Positions 34,401 to 45,900 of a stretch of DNA of 64,000 bases are shown here, one piece after another. A program made the translations under genes and the position numbers. Source of the stretch: a virus. Lineage: Duplodnaviria > Caudoviricetes. The notes beneath the pieces are model-generated. The model was not told where the DNA came from, made no database searches, and saw only the letters and a list, made by a program, of their open reading frames with translations. The stretch's first letter is position 1, and every line of letters begins with the position of its first letter. The stretch covers positions 1,340 through 65,339 of the IMG/VR virus record IMGVR_UViG_3300017922_000003. One strand, 5' to 3'.

Positions 34401-37179
34401 CCTTGCGGTTGAGGGAGCCAAGAAGGTTATAGAAGGTCTTAATATAGCAGCCGAGAAGGTCGGCATGGTTGGCGCCATGGAATATATGCACAACTATCTA
34501 CCCGGCCTCTTGCCTCTTGCAACAGGTATGGCAGCAAGTTATGCCGCCGGACCTTTTGGGTTCTTTATGGGTGCCGGTGCTGGAGCTTTAGCAGAAAACA
34601 TGCCACGTGCCAAAGAAACGATTCTCGAATTTGAGGGCATGAAGGATGTTGATGTAAGAAGAGGTAGATACTGGCACTTTGGCGTTCAGCCATTTGTCGG
34701 CGGAAAGGTTGTAACAAGGCGACCACATTTGATGCACCTGGCACAAACAGACTGGCAGTACACCGACGTTTTGTGGGGATCCAAGAAGGAATATTGGCAG
34801 CATCGCTCGTGGATGCCAACACCTGAAAATCTCTTTGGTCTTAAGAAAGTATTGCAACCTTACTACTTCGAAAAGAAAAATCAGTATATGAGGCCGTATC
34901 CGGTAACCGGAGAGTCTGGAATAACAGACTTTCCTATCGTTGGAAATCTTGCTGCTCCGTTAGCAAGTGCAATGAAACCACTCAGAAAGTTTGCGGATAT
35001 TTCAATAGAACCTTCATATGGTTCGACTCAGAAAAACGCGATGCAGGTAGGTTCTATGCCGGGATTCAGTCTTATAGAAGCCAAACAGAGGCAAACAGAC
35101 GAAAGAACCGGCATACTGCCGTACCCTCAAATAGATTATGCACCGGAAATTGAATCTGCTCTAGCAGGACAGGTACGCAATGCTGTTGACGATGTCGCTG
35201 ACTACCTTGGTCTGTTTGGTTTTATGGGCGCCAATGTTTTGGGTTTCAACACAACACCTCAGTCAGAAGAACCAAGACTGGCGCATTCGGGATTGGCTTA
35301 TTCCAGACAGTGGCAATATTACCGCATGCAACTGGGTGATCCGTTTGGAAACACCGAGCTGCTCAGACGTTTTATTGTTAGAACCAACCCAACATACACG
35401 CTTGATTACATAAATCCTGTACCGAACGAATATTTTAAAGAGAACTTTCCATGGTTGCCTAAAGATTATTACTACAGTTTCTATCAGGGAGATGTTTACA
35501 GAAAGATAGGGGCTTACGGTGAAGTTAGAGGCCCCGGTCCGGGTTATGAGGCAACTCACAAGCTCTACGATAATTACGGCATGATTGATCGTTATCTTAT
35601 TATGTCCAATATTGCTCCTTATTCAAGAGAACAGCAGTATCTTGAAAAGGATGCCGTTAAATTGATGCGTTCTGATCAGGTAAGCCCGGAAGTGCGATAC
35701 AGGCTTTATGAAGCCAAGCTCGGAGCCGAAGATATGAGGGAAAAATACAACTTCAAAGAGAAGGTATTTTCCAAAAAACTTGAGACTACCGAAGTAACGC
35801 TTGGTAGTTATCTGGGCAGCGGACAATTTGAAATGCTTCGCGAAGGAGAACCTACGGGGATTAAAGTCAGGGTTGCCGGTCTTGCACAAAGTGCTGAACA
35901 GATAGCGGCGAAAATTTATGAAACACAGCTTGGTGTTAGCTCTGCAGAAGCATTTGGCAAAGCAGAGAGGTATATGGAAGACATTAACCAGAAACTGGCT
36001 GCGCTCAGTGGCAAGACAGTTGATGTTAGGGTGGCAGCTGACGAATCTGAAAGGTTTGTCTACCGATCGTCTGAAGACATAACCATGCCAGCCATATTCC
36101 CTCAAATGAGCGGAATGATGAGGTCAAGGCAGGAGCTGACGCAAAAAGAAAAACACTGGATGGACAGAAGGGCTGTACTCGGAGACAGTGTTGTTGGTGC
36201 GTTATGGGAAGACGTTGCACACGCCAACGTGTTCTTTATGGAAAAATTTGCCGGTGTTCAATCACCAGAAGAATATTATAAACGCTATGTGACGTACGGG
36301 AAAGAAAGACGGTTGTGGCAGCATCCTATAGAGGATTTTGTCAAACCTGTATTGAGTAACATCGCTGCTTCCGGTCCTTTAGACGCCATGTTGCACGGCG
36401 GTTACTTGGGACTGCTGAGCGCAGGGATGGGCAATAGAATATTTGGTACCATGCTCGGTGGTGCTATGGGTCTTGGTGCCTCTATAGCGACGCCCCCAGG
36501 TTGGGTCCCTAATAAAACCAAAGAAAGATGGGCACTGGAAGCACGCATGGACGCCATGCAGACGATACGGAATGAGTACACAGGCGAAAGAGAGCGAACC
36601 ATGCTGGGAGCCGATCACATCGCCGATATTGAGAACGCAAGTTACAGGTTGCCGAGGGTCGAACGCGAGTTTTTTGAAGAATTTGTCAACGCTCCTATAA
36701 GCAAACGTGAGGAACTAATGAATATAACACCGCCTTACATGCAAGCGTATTTAAAACATTTTTGGCAGTTAAAGGACGTTTCAGTCGAAGCAAAGTTGAA
36801 TAAAGGAACAATACCCCAGAATGCTTATGAGATAGATCTGAGCGAATATAGAGAATATACAGATAGTGTAACAGGTAACTATGATGAGGCTCTTGTGAGC
36901 AACCCGCTTATTGATCTGGATAAATACAGGGCGTTGCAGGTTGTGAATAATTTCAGCGACTACACAAAGTTTGGTGTGTACGCTGATGAGATAACCAGTG
37001 CCAAAACAAGCTTGATAGACATGGAGAAGCTGTACGGTGAGCAATGGAACCAGCACAACCAACTATTGACATCCTATGTAGGTTTGCAAGACATCGCAGC
37101 CATGAACAACGGGTATATGTCTAAGTTTTCCATAGCTCCCCACTACGACGGTGTCAATCTTGTTTACAACAGCTATTGA
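31471..37179 (+). CDS. Giant tape-measure-like / ejected virion protein (1902 aa)
   Basis: Position after the chaperones; helical, Gly/Ala-rich, several TM-like segments; VRRGRYWHFG.QPF.GGK motif. Confidence 0.6.
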   Translation: MNLDELRKYAQEAEQVHEEASSNFNLGGLLLAGTAALAMGTPVRSMLKRVEFSVFGSLLETRWGRKLLSRAGVEASQKGLEQAFGTIGGNYSKAGSSIFLRSIEKMPDITLGGFTRAAGKKILGADAIKKIDDFPLDIGALSMESYLAFRVASTVTGQRDNDQGYFKYAATIGPMIAGMAFGYRKAGDMVQEVLKRTGYDEVIAKGLSKVKKAGLKVTAFRKAIREASSSGISLGRIIKGAPGEWSRLKGLYRQFAGEMAEDDIVESTDSLRQLISVARKYSSQVDSAGDEAGKLYEMFEPAAREIEDRFQVRSPGLLNELLGLKTPSVEQIIKQGDVISEDNVKALRRFSKVFGVDLSKVSAGEGISMSRAGSLLPIASGRRRTLDMFYKAATSFHIPYLNFNPLAIFQPRLFREYARRPVYGVMDAKEAIPYIMGGKSKSGTIGEFSYEYLQKLGILKSGKEAEGALLKAATRSQLHVSGGRSFLSVDLKDIESFLDTDHAGKQARDMLENALNRNRGRLVVDVTEHFGEGYLLPKSDVGGAFARSYYMQSGMLLPGRQEADMNWWQRADLPFTNTENIEEPIFKRFYKSIKRFVGGSKLKRALAAAGGHAGKTTEQRLNNQFWGAREIYKLFRQMGIGDIPEDVIQKISRNIGDGPIEFGGIKNTQDIVNSFYNYLRTVPRFRSASDDVAKLFRTVGPTDYEWHIYRELKHFKQTGMEPNREWLDAIISSSGESRLDIMKRSVTMGLLQNVENPEQVIKGMAGSYNKGFIDNLLSMAEYAKRERAVYSAAIGEMSASKATEQILDMGGIQRFYGSIKSRPFSPRWFKNVRIMTAYEQVPEERAKISSANVNLFIRRTQGPFSTKEGFAKQLLPTTDTRASTTIPGVLGFYFADRPVQLLEEIGLGRPSYDRPGVLIKLLNQLGFKQAGKFVGPNALYSISSVIFKRVMPVFFAYELFKYLDYKTEQLMGESPSDLAVEGAKKVIEGLNIAAEKVGMVGAMEYMHNYLPGLLPLATGMAASYAAGPFGFFMGAGAGALAENMPRAKETILEFEGMKDVDVRRGRYWHFGVQPFVGGKVVTRRPHLMHLAQTDWQYTDVLWGSKKEYWQHRSWMPTPENLFGLKKVLQPYYFEKKNQYMRPYPVTGESGITDFPIVGNLAAPLASAMKPLRKFADISIEPSYGSTQKNAMQVGSMPGFSLIEAKQRQTDERTGILPYPQIDYAPEIESALAGQVRNAVDDVADYLGLFGFMGANVLGFNTTPQSEEPRLAHSGLAYSRQWQYYRMQLGDPFGNTELLRRFIVRTNPTYTLDYINPVPNEYFKENFPWLPKDYYYSFYQGDVYRKIGAYGEVRGPGPGYEATHKLYDNYGMIDRYLIMSNIAPYSREQQYLEKDAVKLMRSDQVSPEVRYRLYEAKLGAEDMREKYNFKEKVFSKKLETTEVTLGSYLGSGQFEMLREGEPTGIKVRVAGLAQSAEQIAAKIYETQLGVSSAEAFGKAERYMEDINQKLAALSGKTVDVRVAADESERFVYRSSEDITMPAIFPQMSGMMRSRQELTQKEKHWMDRRAVLGDSVVGALWEDVAHANVFFMEKFAGVQSPEEYYKRYVTYGKERRLWQHPIEDFVKPVLSNIAASGPLDAMLHGGYLGLLSAGMGNRIFGTMLGGAMGLGASIATPPGWVPNKTKERWALEARMDAMQTIRNEYTGERERTMLGADHIADIENASYRLPRVEREFFEEFVNAPISKREELMNITPPYMQAYLKHFWQLKDVSVEAKLNKGTIPQNAYEIDLSEYREYTDSVTGNYDEALVSNPLIDLDKYRALQVVNNFSDYTKFGVYADEITSAKTSLIDMEKLYGEQWNQHNQLLTSYVGLQDIAAMNNGYMSKFSIAPHYDGVNLVYNSY

Positions 37180-37189
37180 GGTGAGATAG

Positions 37190-40100
37190 ATGGCAGAGGA
37201 AAATGATAAGTTAGAGCAATTGCGAAAAGCGTTCGGAGATAGATTTTACAAAAAGATAAGAAGTGGCGAAAAACCCACACTGGATGATCTACTGCTAGCT
37301 CGAAGCATAGACAGTGGTAATCTAAAACACTTCTTTGCCGGTACCGGAGGTAAGCCATTTGCCAGTGCAGACGGTGTTGAGGTTTCCACCGAAATGGCAA
37401 TGCACATGATGGGATCATCCAAGTTTGATGTTGCCGGGAGACCAACCGGAGATTTCACCATGATTCCTCTGCTGCCTCTTGTTAAGCGTTCCGGTCAGGA
37501 AACAACACCGCTCATGCTCGGTTCCAGAGGAAGTTCCCCTAAAATATTTGTTAGAACAGGGAAGTTGATACCAGAACGCGAGGGCATGGAACCATATGTT
37601 TTTACAGAAAAATTTTTGAATGATGTTGCAGGCCAACGTTCTCTAGACCAGAGTGTTTACCTTCCATTTGCGAAACGCAATCCTTTCAGGCACGGAGAAA
37701 TAGAATCTACAAAACCACAGATAATCGTTGATTCCGAAGGCAGGGTTCGATTGACTTCGTCACAACGTATCTATCCCAATTCGCCTGATGTGAAAAATCT
37801 TACATACGAAGTAACCGGTTATCGTGTTGGTAACAAGCGTTACACGCCTGAAGAGATGGTAAGACTCAGTAAACAGGGCTTTCACGAAAATGTTGAAGGA
37901 AGAGAATTTTGGCATGAAGGTATAAGAGATAAACCAGAGCCAATTGTGAAACTACGGCTGGAATCAGAACAGGGATTAGTTTTTGAAGAAGAGTATGACA
38001 TTGGCAAACTTGAAGCAGAAGAGAGACGAATCATTAAACAACTTTCGGATGTTAAAGCTGGTGACGTTGCTTTAAATCAATCCGATCAGGCTGTGAGAAG
38101 AATGGCCGCACAGTATGCAGATCAAGCGTATGGTGGGCAGATAGCAACAGAAATAACGAGAAATATAAAAGAAAGCGGAAGAAAACTTACCGATTTCACT
38201 ATAAATGATTCCGATGTTTTCTTTGACATAGAAAGTGTTTCAAGACCGACGAAGGGTGACTTTTATATCACTCAGCTTGGTGTTGCGAAAGGTGCCTCGG
38301 ATCCATATAGTGTCCTTCCAACCTACATGTTCAACACAGAAGCCGCAAGAGAAGCACTGGAATATACACCCGGAGGAAAGTTACAAGAAGCAGGTAAAGT
38401 TGCACGACGCATGATAAATGTGATTAATAGAAAGAACCCCAGATTACAAAAGGGTGAACAGATAGCAGGCAGTGTTGCTGATATGCGTGCCGCTCTTGGA
38501 CTTACAGGAGAAGGAAAACCAAGGTTTATAGGATATAACATATCGCGTGATGGCGGTTTTGATATTCCCGCGCTCATAGAAAAAGGCGTCCTAACAAAGC
38601 AAGAAGCCGATGAACTAGAGGTTGTGGACCTTTTCAAAACTATACAGCAAAACAGAAGAGCGGTAGAACAGGTTTATGGAATAGATCTGAGCGAAGGATT
38701 GTCCCTAGAGAATGTTTACAAACAAATGTATAGAAGATTTGAAGGTAAAGAAGCAATGGCGGGACAATCACATAACGCTGCATTTGACGTTGAAATGACC
38801 AGATACGTGTACAAAAGATTGCAGCCATTTATGGAAGCAAAGCGAAAACTAAATACACCGACATCCAGAGTACAGATGTTAACAAGAAATAGACTTGAGA
38901 GTATATTCAGTGGCGCTATTAAAGACAGAAATCTTTCTCCTATGGGTAATCAATACAGCTTCGATCCTATGGGCAGACTGGTTTACAGCACCAGGCTGTC
39001 CAAAACTAGAATGGAGCGCAGAGGAGGACTGGGACTTTTTCACGAAGGAACATACGATTATACAAAAGGTAATATTAGAGGTAAATTTAATATTGCCGGC
39101 AAAGACGCTATGTTAACGATAGAGAACACAGAGTATGCCGGCGAATTTAAACCATACTATTCACGCGCAAGCCAGCTGGATAATATGCTAAAAGACTTTA
39201 CTCCAGAAAAAATTTCCACACGTGCTGCTGGAGAAGTTGGTCAAATATTCGAAGCAGTTAACACAGATAGATTATTAGAATCTATAGCAGGAGCTGCGGA
39301 TGAAGATATCTACTCTGTTATTGGCGGAAAGATACCAAGCGGAACTGTAGGTATCTCGGGTAACCCAAAATTTGTAGGTCAGGCATACGCCTTTATGGGG
39401 GAAATGGCACAACGCACAGGATTGGCTAGCAAAGAAAACATTGCTAAATCCATTAACTTATCCGCTGGCTATTATGGAAAGTACGGCAACCAAGTCGGAG
39501 AGGTTTTTGCCAGCATGGAACTTGGAAAGATGTATGCAGATCAACTTGGTGGAAGACAAATGGTTGAACTGTTAAGCAGTGCGTTTGGAGTGCAGGCAGG
39601 AGCCAGAGTTACTTTAGAAGACCTCAGATCAATAACCACAGCTGGCGGCATAAATATTTACGCTGATAAGAACTGGTATTTCAGACAGGCTTCCGAAAGC
39701 GTGAAACGACCGATTTCAATTGCCGAGATGATAGACGCAATGAAGGACGCTCGCAAACCAAGAGACATGGTGTTAAAAGATATAATGCAGTCCATATCTA
39801 CGATGTTCCAAAGCAGTAATGTGAACATCACACCGTCAGAGATTAGAAAATCCTTGGGCGTTGGACTTACAGATTTTACTGACCAGGTATCGAATATACG
39901 CAGGAGTTTTGAAGATTTCACCAAGGAAATATTCACCACATATCAGAGAGGCATTGCAGATATGGCTGAGAACATTGGCGATCTTCAGTATTCCTTGCTG
40001 AAGCAGGGGAACATACCTCAGGATGTTATCAGTAAATATGCTCAGTTGTTAAGCGATGAAGTACGGCAGACAGGCAAAATTGATGTAGAAGGTGCTGTTA

Positions 40101-42934
40101 GAAAAATTACAGCCAGTGCGAATCTTTCTAATGAACAAATCGATGTACTTAGAAGATTATCCGATCAGGTCATCAACGTCCCATACGTTACGGAACATTT
40201 TGGGATGGTAGGAACAAGCATACGAACCATGCCCGAAGACGTCATAGATGAACTGACCAACATACTTGATGTTGAAGGACTTGAAGGAATAAGAGATGTA
40301 AAAGCCGGTGTGTTGGCTCAAGAACTTGCGGATATAAGTGAAAACAGACTCAATCAGGACCAGCTTGAGATTTTAGAGAAAGGTATTAATAGAATAGCTG
40401 GAGACGACAATTTTATATACAATGCAATGGATGCGGCCGAAGGTGCCACTGATTACGAATCACTTTACCGTCCCACTATTATCCCCGCAAGAGGAATAGG
40501 TTCAAGCGTTGCAGGCGTGCCACAAAAATATAGGTATACAGAAACCACTCTTAGCGAAGCGGTTTATGAACCGATAAAAAGAAGACATATACAGGAATTG
40601 ATACCCGGCACTTCGAGCTTACTGCGTTCAAGGGCAGATTACTCAACAACAGCGTTTGAGCCCATATCACCAGAACATCTCCTTAATCCAAGCGAAAAGA
40701 TTAGAAGAAGCATCGAGAGCGGTTCAATTGATACCAGAGATGTTCTAAAACACAGAATATTGCAGGTTATGGGTTCAGAAATAGAAGAATTTCAATCGGG
40801 AACAAGGGAAGAATTGGCAGCTCTGACAAGGGTTAACAATCTCACAAAGACCATATATTCAGATTCATATATACCTCCTTCTAAACGTTTGATCAAAATG
40901 GGTAAGCAGGCTTTCTCAGAAAGAATGTCCAAATATATAGGTACGTCCGTTGATATGGGCAAAACATACAAAGACTATACCAAGTTGTACAACAGGTTTT
41001 TATGGGCAGAATTGAATTTGACATACAACTCTCCTGGCGGTAGAAATATTTCAGGATCCTTCGATGAGTTTATCACCAATCTCGATACGGATTATGAGGT
41101 TCTCGCAACACACGCTTCAAAAAGGGCCAGTCAAAACGCTTTCATGGTTCTCAATGGAATGGAAGAGGCTGGCGGTCTTTTAGAAAGAAGCGGCGACAGA
41201 GCGTTTATGGAAGTATCCATGCTCAACAAATTGATGGAATACAGAAGACAGTTTACAAACCAGAGCGAAGCCGTGGCTGGATTCGGGGTGTCTTTGACCG
41301 AAAATACAGTTACAGTGGCGGGAAAAACCTACGATGTCACAGGGCTCATGGAAGAATCCAATGATTTTGTCAAGCTCATGAGACGGGCTAACAAGATACA
41401 AGGCATTCGCAATACGCCAATCGCACAGATGGCAACAAATATAGGAATAGCAGTAGAAATTGCAAAAAGACCCGATCTCGTTACGATTGGTGATAAGACT
41501 TTACAGGAAGTAAGTGGCGATTTAAGATTAGGAAATCTTAGATTGAATGATTTACTGAGTGGTAAAGTAGAGAATTTGGACATAGGTAGTTTTATAAAGC
41601 TGAGTTCGTATTCTCCAGAAATACTTGCCAGCGTGTACGGAGTTAAAACAACCTCGGCTATGATGCAAAAACAGGATATCGAAAACATGGTATTCTTTTC
41701 CACCATGGACACACAGGATTTAGGAGATAACGCAACTCCTGAAGATCTTGAAAATTACTACAGAATGCAGGCGCTTATCTCTGATGAAGTTGCAGATGCT
41801 TACCAAGCTGAAGGTGCGGACATTCCAGACTCTCAAATTGTAAGAGCCATGATGGGACTGAATGAAGGTGGAGAAGTTCCTCCGGAAGTTATGTACACGC
41901 TCACAGAAGGTATGGAAGTAACCAGAGGCGGAAGACGTTACTCTGTTGAAAGCTGGATAAACACAAACGTGCTTTTGCGAGATATAGAAACAGACGAACT
42001 TACTGCGGTTAGTGTTGGTAGTCAGAAGATAAAGTTTTCGGAGCGTTCTTTCTCTGCACTATTTTCAAATGTATATGCAGAAGCTCAACCCAACGCAGCT
42101 GACGCCAAAGCGCAACAGGCACTGGTGGATACATTCTACAAGAATTTCAGCGAAGATCTAACATTTGAAACCCCGGATGAAATGATAGAAAAAGCGCCGA
42201 AAATTCTGGATGACTACAGAGCGTTCACGCGTGTCCTTCACGGTTATATGAATAATACAAAACAGTATTCATCGTCATCACTTATGAATTATGTGGATAA
42301 GTTGCAGAGAAGAATAAAGAGCGGTAACTATTCCGAAGACACCATCAATACATATAGAAGGATACTCTCTATTATGTCACAAGAAGAGGTTTCAAGAAAC
42401 ATCGTGGATAATCTGGGGACATTGAGCGATGAAAGTGTAGAGAAAGCCATTTCTGATTTCGGATATATGTACGGCACCGACCCAAAAATAGACAGATTGT
42501 CGTTGAATTTTGGCACTCGCCAAACAACAGAACAGGCATTCAGTGATCACGAGACACGAAAACTGGCAGAGAAGATGGGGATAGATACCTCTAAACAGGG
42601 TAAAGAAACAACGCAACAATCGATGAAAAAGATGGATTACAATTTTTGGAAGAAAGCCAGTAGATACGCTCCTGTTGCTGTAGGTATGTTTGGGTTCTTT
42701 GGACTCATGGGAGCTATGTCTTCGGTTCAGGCAAAACAGGAAGCAGAACAGGCAAAACAACAACAGGTAATGAACACCATATCGCTGACTCCCTCGTTAG
42801 CAAAACAAATGAGATATCAGCCCAGTCAGCCGGAAGTTTCCGCAGCAATAAATGCAGAAAATACTTCAAAACAGCAGTTGAGTGCTTACACTCAGGCTCT
42901 TGGCATGAGCAACGCATATGTGAGACACGGTTAA
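37190..42934 (+). CDS. Giant virion protein (1914 aa) with a DEDDh 3'-5' exonuclease domain
   Basis: ExoI VFFDIES, ExoII IGYNI...FDIP and ExoIII HNAAFDV at about 38213-38825; C-terminal hydrophobic segment. Confidence 0.75.
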   Translation: MAEENDKLEQLRKAFGDRFYKKIRSGEKPTLDDLLLARSIDSGNLKHFFAGTGGKPFASADGVEVSTEMAMHMMGSSKFDVAGRPTGDFTMIPLLPLVKRSGQETTPLMLGSRGSSPKIFVRTGKLIPEREGMEPYVFTEKFLNDVAGQRSLDQSVYLPFAKRNPFRHGEIESTKPQIIVDSEGRVRLTSSQRIYPNSPDVKNLTYEVTGYRVGNKRYTPEEMVRLSKQGFHENVEGREFWHEGIRDKPEPIVKLRLESEQGLVFEEEYDIGKLEAEERRIIKQLSDVKAGDVALNQSDQAVRRMAAQYADQAYGGQIATEITRNIKESGRKLTDFTINDSDVFFDIESVSRPTKGDFYITQLGVAKGASDPYSVLPTYMFNTEAAREALEYTPGGKLQEAGKVARRMINVINRKNPRLQKGEQIAGSVADMRAALGLTGEGKPRFIGYNISRDGGFDIPALIEKGVLTKQEADELEVVDLFKTIQQNRRAVEQVYGIDLSEGLSLENVYKQMYRRFEGKEAMAGQSHNAAFDVEMTRYVYKRLQPFMEAKRKLNTPTSRVQMLTRNRLESIFSGAIKDRNLSPMGNQYSFDPMGRLVYSTRLSKTRMERRGGLGLFHEGTYDYTKGNIRGKFNIAGKDAMLTIENTEYAGEFKPYYSRASQLDNMLKDFTPEKISTRAAGEVGQIFEAVNTDRLLESIAGAADEDIYSVIGGKIPSGTVGISGNPKFVGQAYAFMGEMAQRTGLASKENIAKSINLSAGYYGKYGNQVGEVFASMELGKMYADQLGGRQMVELLSSAFGVQAGARVTLEDLRSITTAGGINIYADKNWYFRQASESVKRPISIAEMIDAMKDARKPRDMVLKDIMQSISTMFQSSNVNITPSEIRKSLGVGLTDFTDQVSNIRRSFEDFTKEIFTTYQRGIADMAENIGDLQYSLLKQGNIPQDVISKYAQLLSDEVRQTGKIDVEGAVRKITASANLSNEQIDVLRRLSDQVINVPYVTEHFGMVGTSIRTMPEDVIDELTNILDVEGLEGIRDVKAGVLAQELADISENRLNQDQLEILEKGINRIAGDDNFIYNAMDAAEGATDYESLYRPTIIPARGIGSSVAGVPQKYRYTETTLSEAVYEPIKRRHIQELIPGTSSLLRSRADYSTTAFEPISPEHLLNPSEKIRRSIESGSIDTRDVLKHRILQVMGSEIEEFQSGTREELAALTRVNNLTKTIYSDSYIPPSKRLIKMGKQAFSERMSKYIGTSVDMGKTYKDYTKLYNRFLWAELNLTYNSPGGRNISGSFDEFITNLDTDYEVLATHASKRASQNAFMVLNGMEEAGGLLERSGDRAFMEVSMLNKLMEYRRQFTNQSEAVAGFGVSLTENTVTVAGKTYDVTGLMEESNDFVKLMRRANKIQGIRNTPIAQMATNIGIAVEIAKRPDLVTIGDKTLQEVSGDLRLGNLRLNDLLSGKVENLDIGSFIKLSSYSPEILASVYGVKTTSAMMQKQDIENMVFFSTMDTQDLGDNATPEDLENYYRMQALISDEVADAYQAEGADIPDSQIVRAMMGLNEGGEVPPEVMYTLTEGMEVTRGGRRYSVESWINTNVLLRDIETDELTAVSVGSQKIKFSERSFSALFSNVYAEAQPNAADAKAQQALVDTFYKNFSEDLTFETPDEMIEKAPKILDDYRAFTRVLHGYMNNTKQYSSSSLMNYVDKLQRRIKSGNYSEDTINTYRRILSIMSQEEVSRNIVDNLGTLSDESVEKAISDFGYMYGTDPKIDRLSLNFGTRQTTEQAFSDHETRKLAEKMGIDTSKQGKETTQQSMKKMDYNFWKKASRYAPVAVGMFGFFGLMGAMSSVQAKQEAEQAKQQQVMNTISLTPSLAKQMRYQPSQPEVSAAINAENTSKQQLSAYTQALGMSNAYVRHG

Positions 42935-42942
42935 ACCGCCAT

Positions 42943-42960
42943 TGTTATTTCTACACTGAG
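42943..42960 (+). promoter_or_regulatory. Late promoter motif TGTTATTTCTA-N4-GAG (baseplate operon)
   Basis: Exact motif in the 31-bp gap between two giant genes. Confidence 0.8.
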
Positions 42961-42965
42961 AGGCG

Positions 42966-45900
42966 GTGGTTGCCATAAACGTTTACACACCCGAATACTT
43001 CAATGCTGACATAGACGATTTGACAATAATAGGCGCGGTTGCCCTACCGGGCGGGCCGGCCAATATTAACATATCAGATCTCCCTAAAACGGCGGTTAGC
43101 AGCACGATCAACGGTAATACAAGCGTCAAAGACACCGGTCGCAAAGAGACTATGTTTGTCATTACCGCTATATTCACAGATGAGTTTGTCAAAGACAGGG
43201 TTTATATAGAACACCCTGTTGCTCCGTTGCCTCTCCCATGCAGTATGACTGCTCTACTTGGTGAACTTCAGGCAACCCCTTATGTCCCTATTTATTCAAA
43301 ACAACTTTATTCTCTTCTTGGTTTTAATGAAGATAGTTACAGCTATGATACCGGTTTAACTGCTGTCCTTACATCTATAAAGGTTCAAAGCATAAACGAT
43401 TTCAACCATGCTTATCAGGTAGATATGCAGTTCAACCTAACAAATATGAACGCAGCTTGTGGCGGACTTGTATCATTTGTTGATAAAGACGACGACAAGG
43501 AAACAAGCAGACTGTTTATGTACTCGTCTGAAGACATAATAAAGCGCATAGACGATCCAAAAGGTGAAAGAGAAACTACTTTAGCAGATGAACTACGCAC
43601 AAGTGCTTTGTTTGAAACGTTTAATCTAGGAATCGATTTATATACCATACAGAGCAAAATAGAACAGTATAAAGACAAAATAGCTGAATTGGCAAAACAA
43701 ACGTGGGGTACGAACAAAGAAAAAGAAGTAGAGAGCGAACTTGAAAAGATGCAAAGTATGTATCGCGAACTCAAGCAAAACATAGAAACTTCAAATACCG
43801 CTTTGCTCAAAGAAGCCAGTGATCTGGCAAAGGACAGTCACGCAGTTGAAGTTTACAATGCAAACGAAGGTTCAAGTACCGCAACAAGAATAAGATTCAA
43901 TACCCTGTCCAGTGTTGCTATTGGATATGACAACATTGTTTCTCCAATTTATTTACAGGACTCAGAAGTTCCAATCCATATTTTAACAGGACGTTCTCCA
44001 ACCAGCGGTACGGTATCAGTTGTAGTTAATGATACACGTGATATAGCAGCGGTAAAGGCACTCCATTCTAAGTTACAAAGAATGATCAGAAAGCTGGAAT
44101 TTATGAACAACACATTGCCGTGCTCGGTTGAAAATGAACTGACCAGTATGTTCAATATGGATAACATAACGCTCACCAGAATGGATGTACAAACACCAGA
44201 AGAGACACAAAACACATTTATTATGAGACTCAATTTTGCTTCCGGATATTACTCAGATATAAACGAGAAACTAACCTATGTAAATTATGCCATTCAAGAA
44301 GAAGTAATGAAGGCTATAGATGAAGCAATATTCCCTAAGAATAGCACATCCATAGGAAAAATCTTGGACGATGGATGGATGAAAGATTACAAAAAAGACG
44401 ATGAAGTGGCAGCTTTCATGGTCAAACCATATGTTGAATTATTACGCTCAACATATCGCGGAATATCTTCAATGACACTGGGCATAACACTTCTAATAGA
44501 ACTGATCAATCGAAGCGATCCAGATACAGTCGAATCTCTTGTCAAAGCTTTAAACAAGATGACTAACAATAAATTCAGCAATCTAATAAACCCTGGGTCC
44601 AAAAATAACAAGCTGGTTCTAGAATACACATTAGAATATCCCAAGTATTCCCAAAAGGCAAGCAAGGCTCTTTTAGCTGGTTTGAGTTTATTTAGAGAAG
44701 AAGCCTATAAAGAAGGCATTAAAGGGGCTACATATCAAACAGCAATTGATTTAACATTTGCCTCTAAAGACAAAACGTTACCTTTATCGTTACAACGCCT
44801 TATGGGTTTCAGAACAAGAACAATTGTTCCTGAGGAAACTTCCAGTCGTCGGCAACTTAGTGGTTTATTTCCTACGGTTTCTATTCCCGGCGGTGCAAAT
44901 GCTAACAGCAGAAATCTATTTTTGCTGGCAGGAAGAGAAATTACACTTGAGGATGGAACAACAAAGATATTTGGAAAAGAAGTTATTGACCGAGGCTTAT
45001 CCGATTCTATCGCCACATATGAAAACAAAGCGTTGGAATTTGCAAAAACAAACAACGATATAGAGATATATCCAAAATTGAATAAAATACGACAGATGGT
45101 TAACGATGTAGATACTGAATACACACATAACATAGACATGCTCTCCAAAGTAATTAACACCAATGAACCCATGACAGAACAGGAAATAAAGATCAAATAT
45201 CATTTTTTAAAGGCACTTTATATTGAAGCTTTAATTGAATTCGGCAGATTCAATACAACATCACCGGAGAATCTAAGGGAACTTGAGTACCTTTCCGGTC
45301 TCAGTCAAACAAATATAAGGGAATTTTTTAACAGATACAGTACCGCAGAAGAAGCAGCTTCGGCCTTAGAACAACAATTTAACGTTCTTGCCGAGGAGCC
45401 TCGCAGAATCAATGATGTTACCAGACGCAGCGATGTTAACCTAAATGAAGATTATATTCCTATCCTTATAGAAACAGAAGTCGATTCACAACCAATGAAA
45501 ACGGTATGTGATCGTGTTGGTAAATCTTCTATAAACAACTTTGATGTAAGCATGGCAGACAAATTGTTTAGCGACTTCGAAGGCGCCGAAAAGATGGAAG
45601 ATATATCCTTCGTTCCGTTGAGGGTGCATAACATAAAACAAGATTCAGCATTTGAAACGCCGGATATAACAGATGTATTCTCCGAAGACTCGGATTATTT
45701 CTTTTCCATTCCTGATGTTTCCGGTACCGTGCTTGAAGATACGTTTAGGCAAGTGGGAAAAATTTTGATTTCTTATATCGTCAATGGCAATGGCGACGAT
45801 ACAGAAAATTCAAAAATGGACCGAATCAGGCGACTTGTTTCCTTTCCGGAGCTTGGCAGTCCCGTTTATATAACATATATCAACGATATGGCCAAAGGTC

